NCBI GenBank assembly: GCA_016748015.1
Contig: JAAOMT010000741.1
Coordinates: 186,001 to 250,000, forward strand
Direction of reading: 5' to 3'
DNA: 64,000 bases
DNA from: Geosiphon pyriformis uo1
Taxonomy: Eukaryota; Fungi; Glomeromycota
The notes under the pieces are model-generated. The model was given only the letters and a program-made list of their open reading frames with translations, ran no database searches and was not told where the DNA came from. Made by a program: the position numbers and the translations under genes. Shown here piece after piece: positions 12,740 through 25,728 of the stretch. Numbering within the stretch: the first letter of the stretch is position 1; every line of letters starts with the position of its first letter.

Positions 12740-13315
12740 AGAAACTCTTGATCATTAAAATGAAAGCCTTTATTCAGATTTTTCCAAACCAAAAAAAATA
12801 TTTGGGCTTTGAATAAATATTCCAGAACAGATGGAAGGAATTTTATTTATTAATAATAATATAATTATTAGTGTGTAGAATAAGTTCTGTGTAATATATG
12901 TCTAGAAAAACGTCATTATTGCTTTCCAACTTTTATTCCTGTAAGGTGAAAAATGTTTTAGCTAGTATATATATATATATATAATATGAGTGGATGAAAT
13001 TGAGTTATTATATACAACAAATAAAAACATGTTAGCTTCTAGCTACTACTACTACTCCCATTAACCAAGTGGCCTTGCTTCAATTAAAATATACTAATAA
13101 AAAAATTTTCAAACGAAATCAAAATTGTGTCTATACTTTGTAAATAAAAGCGCGATGAGAATTAGTCTTGCGCTTACCCAACACTTTATTCAAGAAACGT
13201 CGAGTTCGAATAAAACAAAGTCTATGAAACCGGCATCAGAAAAATGCCACGACCCAGTACCACCAATTATCAGATGAATTTTATATCAAAATGTTCTCTT
13301 GAAACCGAAAAGAAC

Positions 13316-14978
13316 TTATGATCTTCCATCCTTGGCAGTTCTGAATTTCAGTAAAGGGGCCAAATCGGTAAGCGGACAAGCCTTTTTAAGGAAATCGTGC
13401 TGAAAAAATGGAAATGAAAAAATGAATTTACAATTTAACAAATAAAGTACAATAAAAAAAAATCAAGAAATTCATACATCTAATAGTTCTAAAGCAGTTG
13501 CTCTACTCTTAACATCTACACATAAGCAAACTGCCAAAAAACTTTTTAGCTCTCTCGACAATCTCTCTGGTTTTTTTAAACTTGGAGTTCCATTTGTGGC
13601 GATAAGATATAAAGCTTTTAATGGTTCCTCGTCTAAATACGGCGGTTCGTTTTCTATCATCTCTATAGCCATTATACCAAGTGACCATATATCAACTTTG
13701 GCACCATATTCTTTTTGTTTGACAACTTCGGGTGCCATCCAATACGGGGTCCCTACCATCGTGGCTCGCTTGTTTTTTTGATCAGTAAGTTTCGCACAAA
13801 ATCCAAAATCGGCTTCAAAATAAATAAGAGCGAGTCAGTGCTATTCCTCAAAACTGCAGAAAATAGGCAAAAGCTATTTTTGGAAAATTTTGACGTACTG
13901 ATTTTGACATGACCATAAGCATCCAAAAGAACATTGTCACTTTTGATATCTCGATGAATAATGTTTTGACCGTGAAGATGTTGAAGGCCTTTGCATGTCT
14001 AAGAACGTTTAACACAATTAATATTAAAAGTTTCGAAACTAAATAAAAATATCAAAGGAAGCTCAAATCTCATCTAATTAGAGACATACATACCTCAAAA
14101 CAAATGGTAGCGATTTGATCTTCTTCTAGCGAGTTATTATCAATTACATCGGTTAAGGCGCCACCCTCCATATATTCCATTACAACCCAAAGTTCATTTC
14201 CTTTTACCAAAAAAGAATCCAAATAATTTACGATATTTGGATGTTGGGATTCTTTCATTACTAATATTTCATTGACTATGAGCTCCTTTCTAGGTTGATG
14301 AGAAAGATCCATTTGTTTTATAGCAACTTTTGCATTTGTGGTATGAGATTTAGCAACGTAAACTGAACCCGAGGCACTAAATCAATTGCAATTTCTTTGT
14401 GTTAAAATTTTATTAAAAAATTCACCATTGCTAAAAAAAAATCAAAAGAGCGAAACTTACCCTTGCCCAACTTTTTTGATTTTACTATATAAGGTGGTGG
14501 GATCGCCTGAAGAAACCACCGAACGTAACTTTTCCATTATCTGAGCTTCAGTCATGGTGCTAATTCTTCTCTCAGCAGCGGCTTTTTTTTGGGCTTGCTG
14601 GGCATTGTTCTGTTGAGCTTTATTGGGAGCAGCGATTGGTTTTGGGGCTTGAGTGTGAGGTTGTTGTGCTGGTGGTTGAACTTTATGATTAGGACTTGGA
14701 GCACGAGGAGCTGGAGGGTAGGTTTTAGAGGGTTGAGGCGTCTGTTGTGGTGGTTTTTGTGGTTGTTGATGATGATGATGATTTTGCTGTTGTGCTTGAT
14801 TATGGTGTTGGTGATTTATTTGTTGTTGATTATGTTGTTGTTGTTGCTGTTGTTGTTGTTGTTGATTATGTTGTTGTTGTTGTTGATTATGTTGTTGTTG
14901 TTGTTGTTGATTATGCTGTTGTTGTTGATTATGTTGTTGTTGTTGTTGATTATGTTGTTGTTGATTATGTTGTTGTTT

Positions 14979-15010
<32 letters not shown>

Positions 15011-16722
15011 GGTGATGATGATGTGATTGTTGTTGTTGTTGTTGTTGTTGTTGCTGCTGCTGCTGTTGCTGTTGATACTGTTGGCTATTCGAAGAGGAAT
15101 ATTTTTCGGGTAATCGTTGAGGTTGAGGATTAAGAGAATTTTGAGGTGAAGGAGGTGGAAGCTGTTGATTGTACTATATCGAAATGTAAAATTGTGATTA
15201 ATAACGAGTATCATAATTCAAGCTTTTTATTTAAGAAATAACTTACAGATCCAGGAGAGACTGGTGAAACAGGGGTTGGGACTGAAGGTTGTCGTGGATG
15301 AAGAGTATTCGGAGGTCTTGGAGTAATAGGAGGCCGATGGGGTGGTGTATCAGGACGCTTTCAATGAATAATAAATAGAGTATTTATGAGCCAAACAGCT
15401 ATAGCTAATTGGTCTAAATTTCCAACTTACTGTATCATCATAATACATTTTCCGAGACGAGTCAGCTGTCTCTGTATTGTTCATTGAACCACCCACATTG
15501 TTGTTACTTAGCGTCCTTTCGAGAGTCCCCCCGTTAATACTGCTAACAGATTGATGATTTGGTGATATCTTTGACATATCATAACCATTGGAAGAGCTAT
15601 TAGGATTTGGATACAATTGATTTTTCCCAGGTTGTGATAAATTATTTTTAGGTAAAAGCTCGGCCCATTTGTCATCCGGAATATGAGGAAATCCAGGTAT
15701 TAGTCCCAGTAGACCATGTTCTCCATATTCCTCACGTTCTCGTTTCTGATTCTCAGTATAAAATTCTAATACATCCAAAACAGCTTGAGGATTTTTAGCA
15801 TAATCTTCTTTTGTTATAGCAGAAGCTGTCAAAAGTTTCGTCCATTGATCGGGTAATCCCTAGTTTAATTAAAAATTTATATGATTAACAATAATAAAAT
15901 TAAAGCAAAGATATTTATCAATTATATTGAATTAAAACTCTCCAAACTTACTGTAAACATTCCACTAACAGGATCAAATCCTACATGCACATTATGCACA
16001 AAATTTGTTGGAGTGGAGACTCCGCTGAGTGGTGATCTCTATATTATGGTGAGAATAAGGAAAAAAATTTTTAGCATTTATATATGCTGATTCGAATTTT
16101 TTTTGATACTTCTCTTAGTTGTGAATTTAGAAATTTTCAAATTCTCAGTCGAAATGAATATTTTGCAAAAGTCACTTTGACAATTTTCAATAGGATATGT
16201 TCATAAATGACGAAAAGATAAAGAAAATGAATGAAAAAATTTTTGAAAATTGTTTACCGTGTAAATCTCGTCCATCCATGAATACAATTCCTCATCATTT
16301 TTACAAGATAAATAATAGGTCTTGTCCTTAGTTTGGATCTCAAAACAATAGGGTTTTAGATCTGTGCGCATAACACTTGTAATCTCTTTCAAAAAAACTA
16401 GCGAAATTGTTTGATATGTGGTCTAAAAAGCAAAAGAAAATTTTATTATTATGAAAATATTTCTTTGATTAATGCAAGTTGAAAAATTAAAGAAACAATA
16501 TATCTTTCGTTGAATCTTTTTTAAAAAAAATATTCTCGGTGGATGTTATGTCTTTTTGAACAGAAATTGAAAAGGTAGATGAGGGGAAAGCTCTTTTACC
16601 TCATTACGATGAAATGTAAGAGTTTGTTCCCTGAGTTGCATCCATCTTTTAGACCAAATCCAGGCTCTCAACCCATCTTCCTTCACGGAAATGTAACCTT
16701 TTTTTACAACGTGAGCACTCAT
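13316..16722 (-). CDS. CLA4: Cla4-type PAK kinase (PH + CRIB + STE20 kinase domain); multi-exon
   Basis: PH ([23 protein letters not shown]), CRIB ([23 protein letters not shown]|GLPDQW), [22 protein letters not shown]|[33 protein letters not shown]. Confidence 0.93.
14760..15075 (-). repeat. Coding poly-Gln tract with periodic HNQ(Q)n units in the PAK kinase linker
   Basis: Minus strand (CAA)n interrupted about nine times by CATAAT, in frame with the downstream [11 protein letters not shown]. Confidence 0.85.
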
Positions 16723-16882
16723 AGAAAGTGTTAAGGCTGCTCTTTCTTTTTGACTATTAGAAAGAACTTTCTTGCTTAGATGGTGTCAAGGGTCAAGGTG
16801 AAACGCTATGGAAAAGAAGAGTGTTCTGGCCTAACTTGGTACTCTGTTCAACCATCTATAATGATTGTCCCTTTGCTATATC

Positions 16883-17300
16883 AGATATGAATTACAATGT
16901 TGAGATTCTTTTAATTTCTTGTACAACGCCTACACATTCCTAATTAAACTCCATATTACTATGTCGGATGGATTGTAATATATCATTAATAAATAATGCT
17001 AAGCATTGCCACTATTTCCTGCATGATCTCCAAGGCTCCACACCAACTACGTATAAGCTTCATTTTGGATAATAACATGAATTCCTAATTCCTCTGCTTT
17101 TGGCTATTAAACATTGTCGAAATCGATAATGTCCCCAGCCAAGCATTTTTCGGACTGATTTTCGTGTGTCGAATTCATGGGTTAAAAAATTTTTCGTCGC
17201 GTACATTATCAAGCCTTTTAGCTTTCTTCTTTTTGCGTTTAGAAGTTGATTGTTTTTTTTTGATATTAAATTGACCATGTAGATGCAAATACGAATAATA
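16883..17300 (-). mobile_element. Internally deleted Fanzor/TnpB-like (Fanzor2/IS607-type) remnant with structured 3' end
   Basis: Across frameshifts the minus strand gives NFLTHEFD, TRKSVRKMLGWGHYRFRQCLIAK-AEELGIHVIIQNEAYT and SWCG, matching the post-RuvC-II W.HY.F.Q.L..K and E.YTS.TC..CG motifs. A multi-stem segment follows at 16883-17010. Confidence 0.7.
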
Positions 17301-17334
17301 GCTTAAAAATAAACACAAAACTTATTGAAAACTT

Positions 17335-18010
17335 CTTTCTCTCGTTCATCCCAAATTCCCCAAAGAGCAAAATTTTGAAAGTTTTTTCTGTGTTTCAAAT
17401 ATTCCATTATTCAGTTAGATACTTCCAAACCTTTTCTTTTCGATTACAAGGCTGCTGTTGGTGTCAGCGGGTTGGTTATGAAAGAAGCTAAGAAAAAGTC
17501 TGGTGTCGGTTTGGTTGTTGCCGATTTGACTGCCAGAAAAAACGGAAAGGTGGTGTTTTGAAGGGGGCCAATATTGCTGGTGGCGCTTCTACACTCCTGA
17601 ATGCTTATTTAGTTGGCAAGTCAGTTGGTTCGGACACTGGCAACACTACGGAATCAGAAAGTGTGAATATGGAGGAAGAATATCTGGTGGAAAAAACTAG
17701 CTTTCAGCTTGGCAGTGGGGATGAGTCTAGTTTTAATGATGTGAACATGACATCTAAGGGACCAAAGGTGGTTATGAAGCGCATTCTTGAGAAACCTCTT
17801 AGCAAGATTGATTTTGGAGTGATGATGATGATGATGTGATGTTTTGAATGAATCTAAACCTTTTCTCCCTTTTTTAAAGATCTCTGTTAATGTTTCTGTT
17901 CACAAATTTTTTAGATATTGATCTCTCGGCTATGGATGGAAACTTCTCTCAAGATAAATTGAAGTTAGTAAGAAAATTATTCTCAGGTGTAAATGGTTTT
18001 GGGGGGTTTT
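17335..18010 (+). mobile_element. 5' fragment of non-LTR retrotransposon (ORF1 N-terminus)
   Basis: SESVNMEEEYLVEKTSF...KPLSKIDF...DIDLSA...KLVRKLFSGVNGFGG is similar to ORF1 of the LINE at 41.9-48.8 kb (LDIELLAV...KKIFYQVDGFGGAST). Confidence 0.75.
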
Positions 18011-18699
18011 TACTTTTACTTCAAGAATTTAGTAAAAAGTCATAAAATAATATAAATTATCCAATCATAATATAGCACAGTAATAATCTTAGAAAAATAA
18101 TGATTGACATAGCAGCAATTACTAGATAGTGTTGGCAGCAAGCACCATTTCATAATAGCAGCAAGCATTATTTTATAATAGTAGCAAATATTATGTTGAA
18201 ATATTAAAAAAAAAGTATTACAATATGTTTTTTTATAAAATTACAAACATATACAGTCTGGTAAGAAAAAAATTAGAAATATAAAATAATTATTATGTCT
18301 TAATTAATATACCAAATTACATAAAACAACTAAAAAATTAAATATCATCTAATTTTATTAAAAAAAATTAATAAAAAATTTTTTTAATATTTTTTTCAAT
18401 TATTATTTTACAATACTGTCTTATTATTATTATTATTAGATATTTAACAAATATGATTCAATCATTATTTAAAAGTTAAAAACAAACTAAGTATTTTAGT
18501 ACTAAATAAAGTTTACATATTTTTTATATGTAATTAATTACTTAAGCCAATTTAAGCTATATTATATTAATGCAAAGAAAAAAAATTTATCCAAAAAAGA
18601 CATCTTTTAAACTATTTTAAACAAAATAATACTACAAAAAACCAATCTAATCAGCTATTTAGTTGTTTTTAAAAGATTAATCTTAATTTTAACAAATTT

Positions 18700-19510
18700 A
18701 TAAATCCAAAGTTAAATTAGAAAATATCTTATTATTAGTAACAACTTGATTTACAGAACTATTAGATATCTTAACATTATTTATGTAAAAATTTTTTTTA
18801 ATAATATTACTTCTTTTTTTAACTTATTAACAATCTTGCTAAAAGCACTCAGATATATTATAAATATATTAATTCTAAAACTAAAAACACTGTTTAAAAC
18901 AAAATTATTTTTAATAAATTGTTCAAATACAGTTACCAGAAACCAATAGGCCCAACAATAAATCTAACTAAAGTAGTCAATTTGGTCAAATTAGATTCTA
19001 AAAAAGCCAGCCAAGAAAAAATCAAAGAATTATTAACAACTACAAAGAAAGAAGCAAATATTGTCAAAAAAAAGAATAATTAAAAATGTTTACAAAAGCA
19101 AAAGTTTTAGTATAAGACTTGGCATCTATAAAATAAAATACAAATATCTTAAAAATTTTAGAAAAGAAAAATAAAAACATCTTGTAATCTATAGCCAAAT
19201 AGTTTATTTTTTGACATTTAAAACAGCATTAATAATTAAGAGTTTTCTATTAAATACAGTGTTTTTTTAATGTATTAGTTTTAATTATTGCTATATTTAA
19301 ATTAGTTTAAAATCTAAATATAATTAAAGCAAACTGAAAACAATAATCATAATCAGAAGAACAAAAAATAAACCATGTTTGACTACCAAATAAAAAAATA
19401 GATTCAGATCTATAATAAAAAGTATTTGTAATGTTCATAAAATATATTAGAAAAGAACTTTTGAAGTCTAATATCTTAATAAACACATGGTTTCTGGCTC
19501 CACAAGTCAC
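18700..19510 (-). mobile_element. Highly decayed retroelement ORF1-like fragment
   Basis: Aligns by eye with 20880-21470, with many C>T/G>A changes. Confidence 0.6.
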
Positions 19511-20734
19511 TTATTAACTGCTTTATAAACTTATCCTATAAAAACTTTGTATAAATATTTGTTAGTAGCTGTTTAAAAACATTTATAAAATACATTGTAT
19601 CTGAATATAGAATGCATATTTTGCAAGAAAACTAATATTTTTTATTATGTTTTTGAGTATTTTTATAATAATATTACTTGTAACAAGATTTTATTTGAGT
19701 TTGAAGAGTGGTAAATGTTTTTGCCAAGTGTTATAGCATTATTTTCTGTAATTATTTGGAATTTATTTTCTTGTAAACATAATATTAATTTGTATTTCAC
19801 TTTGGTAAAAAGTTTTATGCTTAAAAGTTAGTACTATAAAGATCTGACTTTCTTAAATGATCTTAATCTGACTGGAATAAGAGTTATTTTATTTGTAAAT
19901 AACTTGATATTAGTTCACAAATCTGAAATATGGTGTTACAGATCTAAGTACAAGACTAATATGAAAAAAATAGACTAATATTAGTTAATAATAATGTTTT
20001 ATTTAGTATTATCAATAATATAAGCAAATTGAATAATAAGATAATTATATTGCTTAGTATAGAAAAAATAAAAGTGTTTATTTTAATATGTATTCTAAAT
20101 ACTTGTTTTTTTCAGATTTGAATAATAATATAGTAATTTTGGTAAATTTATAGTGTAGTTTTAATTAGTCTAAGTGGCTGGTCATATGTAACAAGTGCAT
20201 AAATTGTATTTAGTTTATGATATATATATGTTATATATTCTTAAATAGCAATTAAGCCATACTTGTTAAATTAAATAAAAAAAATTTATATTAATTATAA
20301 AATACAATTAATATTAATAATATATAATTAATATTTTGAAAATAAATTATTTAATTTTAATCATTAAAATTATTAGCTTTTAAAAATAATATAACAAGTA
20401 AATTTAAACTAAATTTATTAATTTAATATATATAAATAATTAATGTATTTAATATAATATTAATATAATATATAGTTTTTAGATAATTTAATTATATATA
20501 ATCTTTTTATAAATTAAAAAAAGTATTGGTTTTTTATTATAAGTAATAGATTTTTTTTTATATTTTTATATTTTTTTTGTTTTAAATTTTTATTTTATTT
20601 TTATATATATTTTTATTTTGTTATAAACAATTAATGTTAATTATGTTATTTTTTATTATATTATAAAAAAAATAATTTTACTATAACTTATTTAAATAAA
20701 ATAAAATAATATAATAAAATTAATAGATTCATGT

Positions 20735-22730
20735 TTCTAAAAGAATATTAAGTTAGAAAACACTTTATTATCCAAACCAACTGAATGCTCTAAATCACCA
20801 AACATATTAATATCTTCTATGCAACACTCTTTTTTTAAAGAAACCACTTCTCTTTCCAACTTACCAACAATTTTACTAAAAGAACCCAAATGTATCATAA
20901 CTTTATTAATTTTAAGGCTAAGTTTACTGCTTGAGACCAAATTTCTATTAATAAATTGTTTGAACAATTTGACCAAAGAACTAACTGGTTTAATAATAGA
21001 CTCAACTAAAACAGAAAGCTTGACCAAATTAAACTCCAAAGAAGCCAACCAAGAAGACACCAAGAGATCACCAACAATCATAAAAGAAGAAGTAGAAACT
21101 GCCAAAAGAAGAAACTCAGAAGAATCCAAGAAAGCAGAAGCTTTTGCATAAGAAACACCACTTACAAAATGTGTTCTAAACATCTTGGGAGCCTTAAGAG
21201 AGGGAGGTAGAGAAACTTTGTAGTCTACAGCCAAATGGTCCACTTTTTGACACCTAAAGCAGCACTGACAACCAGAGGTTTCTCACCAAATATAGCATTT
21301 TTTTAAGATACCAGTTTTAACAACTGCAGAGTTTAAATTAACTTGGAAATCAAATATAATCAGAGCAAACCAGAAACAATAACCAGAATCAAGCAAATGA
21401 GAAATAAAACAAGTCCAGCCACCAATCTGGAAGATCATATTACTAATCTTAAAGACAGTACAGCCAGAAAAAAGATTGACCAATTTGGCCTTAAACTGAT
21501 TATAAAACAAAATTGTCTCATTTTAATTAATAAGAAGAAGAACACAAACACTATTTTTGCCTACCAAAATTGACTAATAAGTAAAAACAGAAGCAGCAAC
21601 ATCCAATTTTTTAAAGTAAACAACCACATATTGCCAAACACCAGCAAATTTCAGCATAACATAAGAAACTTTACCAAAAACACTAAAAGCTGATTTAATA
21701 TTAGCAGCAGACACACCCAAAGATACATTATACAGTACAATAGCAGCAGGAAAAAAACCAGACTCAAAAACCACCAAAGACTTGACAATTTTAAAAGAAG
21801 CAAAATGAACAAAGCTTGTAAGCTCAACCAGAAATGCAGCATCCAGAGAACTTAGAAAAGCAAACTCCACACAGAAGAGTTTTATATTGTCCTTAAAAAC
21901 AGATTTTGCATTCAAAAAACCATGTATAAACTGAAAAACAGCCTTAATATAAGCCAATTTGATCTTAAAAATAGCACCAGACACCAAAGTAGAGGTCACC
22001 CACCCAGCAAATCTTTGATAACTAGTAATAGTTTCCCAAGCACTATCAGCAACAGCACCAGAAACCAGAGGAAAAGATTATTTAGTTTCTATTTAGTTAA
22101 TCCAGTTTTTAGAAACAGGTAACACCACAGAAAATGATTGTTTTGTTTTTAAAACTAGTAATGATTTACCAAAAGACTTCATATTTTGTAATATAGCTAG
22201 TAATTAATTTTGGCCCATTTTGAATAATGTGTCAAATGATACTATGGAGATTTCATCTAAGATCTCATTGGAAACTACAAAGAAGTTCGATGTAACAATA
22301 GCAGAAACAAGCAACTGCTTCCACTTTTCTAAACTTTTGGTCTTTTTGACTATTTTTTTTGAAGAGGAAGTACTAGTAGCACCAGATATTAAAGCTATAG
22401 AGGGGAATACCAGCTTGTTAACTAGTCTATTATTAAATACTTTTGGGCTCTTAGTAAGAATAGAGACAATACTGGAACTAACCCAAATGTGTCTCTTCGA
22501 GAGAACTTTAACTGGTGAAAAACCAGTCAAAGATAAGAAAGTTGCTTTAGTAGTTATCAAAGGCAGTTTTTCACAATTACTAGGTAAAGAGAAAACTTCT
22601 AAAATGTTCTGTTTAGTTGCTTCTATAACAGAGAGAACTTATTAAATATCTCAGAAAAAATATTAGGTACAGTTTTTTTACTTTTTGCTCTGATCGTAGT
22701 CATAAATTAAAGAGACAAAGAACTTATGTT
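20735..22730 (-). mobile_element. Decayed non-LTR retroelement ORF1-like region (RRM-like)
   Basis: Broken ORFs 22204-22560, 21574-21999 (IVLYNVSLGVSAANIKSAFSVFGKV...GVWQYVVVYF, similar to LINE ORF1 IVKEIPVDLSRSAIESVFAKFGKI...GLWQKALVKF), 21283-21510 and 20737-21243. Confidence 0.7.
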
Positions 22731-25728
22731 TATTATTTTATAACTTTTTAATATTTTTATTTTTATTTTTAAATTAGATATTTAAAAATCATATTTATTT
22801 AATAGCTAATTAAAATAATTTTAATATTTTTTTAATAGTTTTGTTTATTTTTTATATTATTAACAAAAATTAATTATTATTTTTTAAATATAAAGTTTAA
22901 ATTAATTTATATTTAATAATAAATATTAATAATATAATTTTTATCTTTTTTTTCTTATATATTATAAAATAAATTTATATAATTATGTATATATTATGAT
23001 TTAAATATTATATAATATAATATAATTATGTTATTTAATAAAATTATTAATATTTAATAAATAATATTTAAATTTATAGTTTTATTAAATAACAATATAA
23101 CTTTTACAATATAAAATATTTTAGTATTTTTAATTATTTTTACACTTTTTTTAAGTTATTATTAATATTGGTTTTTTTAAAATTTAAGATATTTTATTGG
23201 TATTTTTAAAATTTTTGGTATTATTTTATTTAATTATTTTTAATATATAATTAAATTGTTTTTTTATAAATAATATTGTTTTAAAAAAATTAACCAATAT
23301 TTATATATTTTAGATTAATATTTATTATAGTATTTATTTTTATTATTAATTTTTTTATCTTATTTAACTTAATTTAAATATAAATATAGATTAAATAAAC
23401 TTTTAAAATTCTAAAAAAATTTTTGATAATTTTTAACTTGTTTAATTTTTTTAATAATTAACAAATTAATATTTAATACATAAAATTTTTTTATAAAAAT
23501 TAAAACAAAAAGTTTTAGTTTTTAAGTAATTAAAAAAATTAAATTGTTTAAAATATTAAAATTAAACTAGTTTTTTAATAAAAAAACTGAATACAAATGT
23601 TTTAAAAAGTTATATTATCTATAAGCCTAAAAATATTTATATATAAAACTGGTTTTTTTATCTATATTTTTAATATCTAATTTTTTTTGCATAAAAACTG
23701 CTTATTTTATTATTTATTTTATTGTTTTAATACACAAACTTAGAAACTTTATTATTATTATTATTATTATTAGTTAACAAAATATTATTTGTTTTTTTAT
23801 TCAAATTAATATTTATGTTTAAAAATCTATTAGCATCAATTAAAAATTTGTTTAAAAATATTTTTATTATTATTTAAATATTTGATATTATCAATTAAAA
23901 TTTATTGTCTTTAAAAAAATATATTATTAACAAAATTATAAACAATCTTTTTTACTGTTTTTTTTTTATTATGTTATTGCTAAAAACAATTATCAAATTT
24001 ACAATAAAAAAATTTATGTTTTAAGAAATTGTATAGAATATAAAAAAATATAAAAAACTTTTTTTAAAATATTGCTCTTTTAAAAAATTTTGAACATAAA
24101 AAAAAAGTTTTTAATGTTTTTTTAAAATATATTACTTATATTTTTTTATTTAAAAAGTTAAAATACCACATTATTACAGATAATTATTTGGAGTGTTAAA
24201 ACAAATAACAAACTCATAATTTAGTGCTTAATAACTAATGATATTAGTAATTTCTAAAGATTTTGAAGTCTAAAAGTTTTGGTTGAGTCTTTTATATAAT
24301 AAACAGAAATTCAATTGATAGTTTTTTCTGTGAATTTTTTTTTTCAGTGTAATGGCCAGTTTATTCTGACAGTCATGCTCTTCTGGTAAGTTATTCTTAA
24401 ACTTTTACTCTTATTCCCAGATCTTTTATCAGGCTATCATTGATGTTAAATACTTAGTACTTAATTTCTTTTAATCAATTAATAAACAACAAAGAAACAA
24501 AATAAAAAAAAATAAAAATAAAAAATTGGTATTCTGTCAATAGCTATAATCAAGAGCTATTAGTCTAGTATGAATTAAGTTTTGAATTTTATTAATATAG
24601 AATATTAATAATATAAAAGTGATTAATATTCTTAATCAAATAATAATAATATAGATTCTGATAATAATAAGTAATTTTATTAATATGGAAATAATTTCAC
24701 TTTAAATTATAGAAAACTATTTTTTGAAAAAAAAGATATTGTTTTAAATTAATATAAACTCTATTGAATTCTCTTGGAATTATTTTTTCTGCTTTTAATA
24801 CTTTTGCTATATATATATAAGTTATTTTATACAAGATTTTTATATTTTTTTGAGCAATATGCTCTATTTTTTTACAATATACTTATTGCTAAGTAGTATG
24901 TTATAATTTATTAACAATGTGTCCATGCTGAACAATGTGTCATAATTTTTTAATATTGTGCTTACTTGTTAAGTTTTATTTTTTTATTGACCTATTTTTT
25001 TATCTGTTTTTTCTAGTTTTTTTTTGTACTTTTTTATAAGTAATATTGTTTTTTTCTTTTAATATTGAGCTCTATTAAGATTTTCTAAAACTTTTAACTT
25101 TATATTAATATATAAATAAGGTTCTAATCTAATAGCAGTTTTTTCTGAATATTTAATATTAAATTTTACATTAGTATTATGTATACATTTTAACATAATA
25201 TTTTTATTATTATTGCTAAATCATTTAAGTTTCTGTTTTTGTGAAAGATTTAGAAGTGTGATATATTGTTTAAAGTTTTTATCAGAGTTTAAATTGTTAT
25301 TATTGTTATTACTATTGTGGATAGGATTAGAACTATTGTTGTTATTATTATTAAAGTTTGAATTGGAATTAAAATTCAATTTTGATTCCAAAGTACAGCT
25401 GCTAATTGGTTCTTTCTCATTAAAAATTAAATAGATTGTACATGATAGCAAATTGTAAATGAGATTACTATTATTATAATATTCTAAGTCACAGAAAATT
25501 AAACAATGTTTACAGAGTTTAGTGTTTAATTGTTTTAAATACTGTTTTTGTTTTTTTTGAGTGGGTGCTAGATCTTGGTAGTAAAGTGGTTTTTTTCTTG
25601 GTTTTGACAAATATGGAACATATTACTTATTATTTGTTTTTTTTATAAAAGTGGTAACTTGTAGTTTGTTTTCTTTTTTTTTTACTTGTCATTCCAAAAG
25701 AGTATTAGTAATAATGTATTGTGCTCAT

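Noticed and set aside
14589-15214. Long poly-L, poly-V and poly-N ORFs
   Set aside because: Antisense or alternative frames of the PAK poly-Q microsatellite
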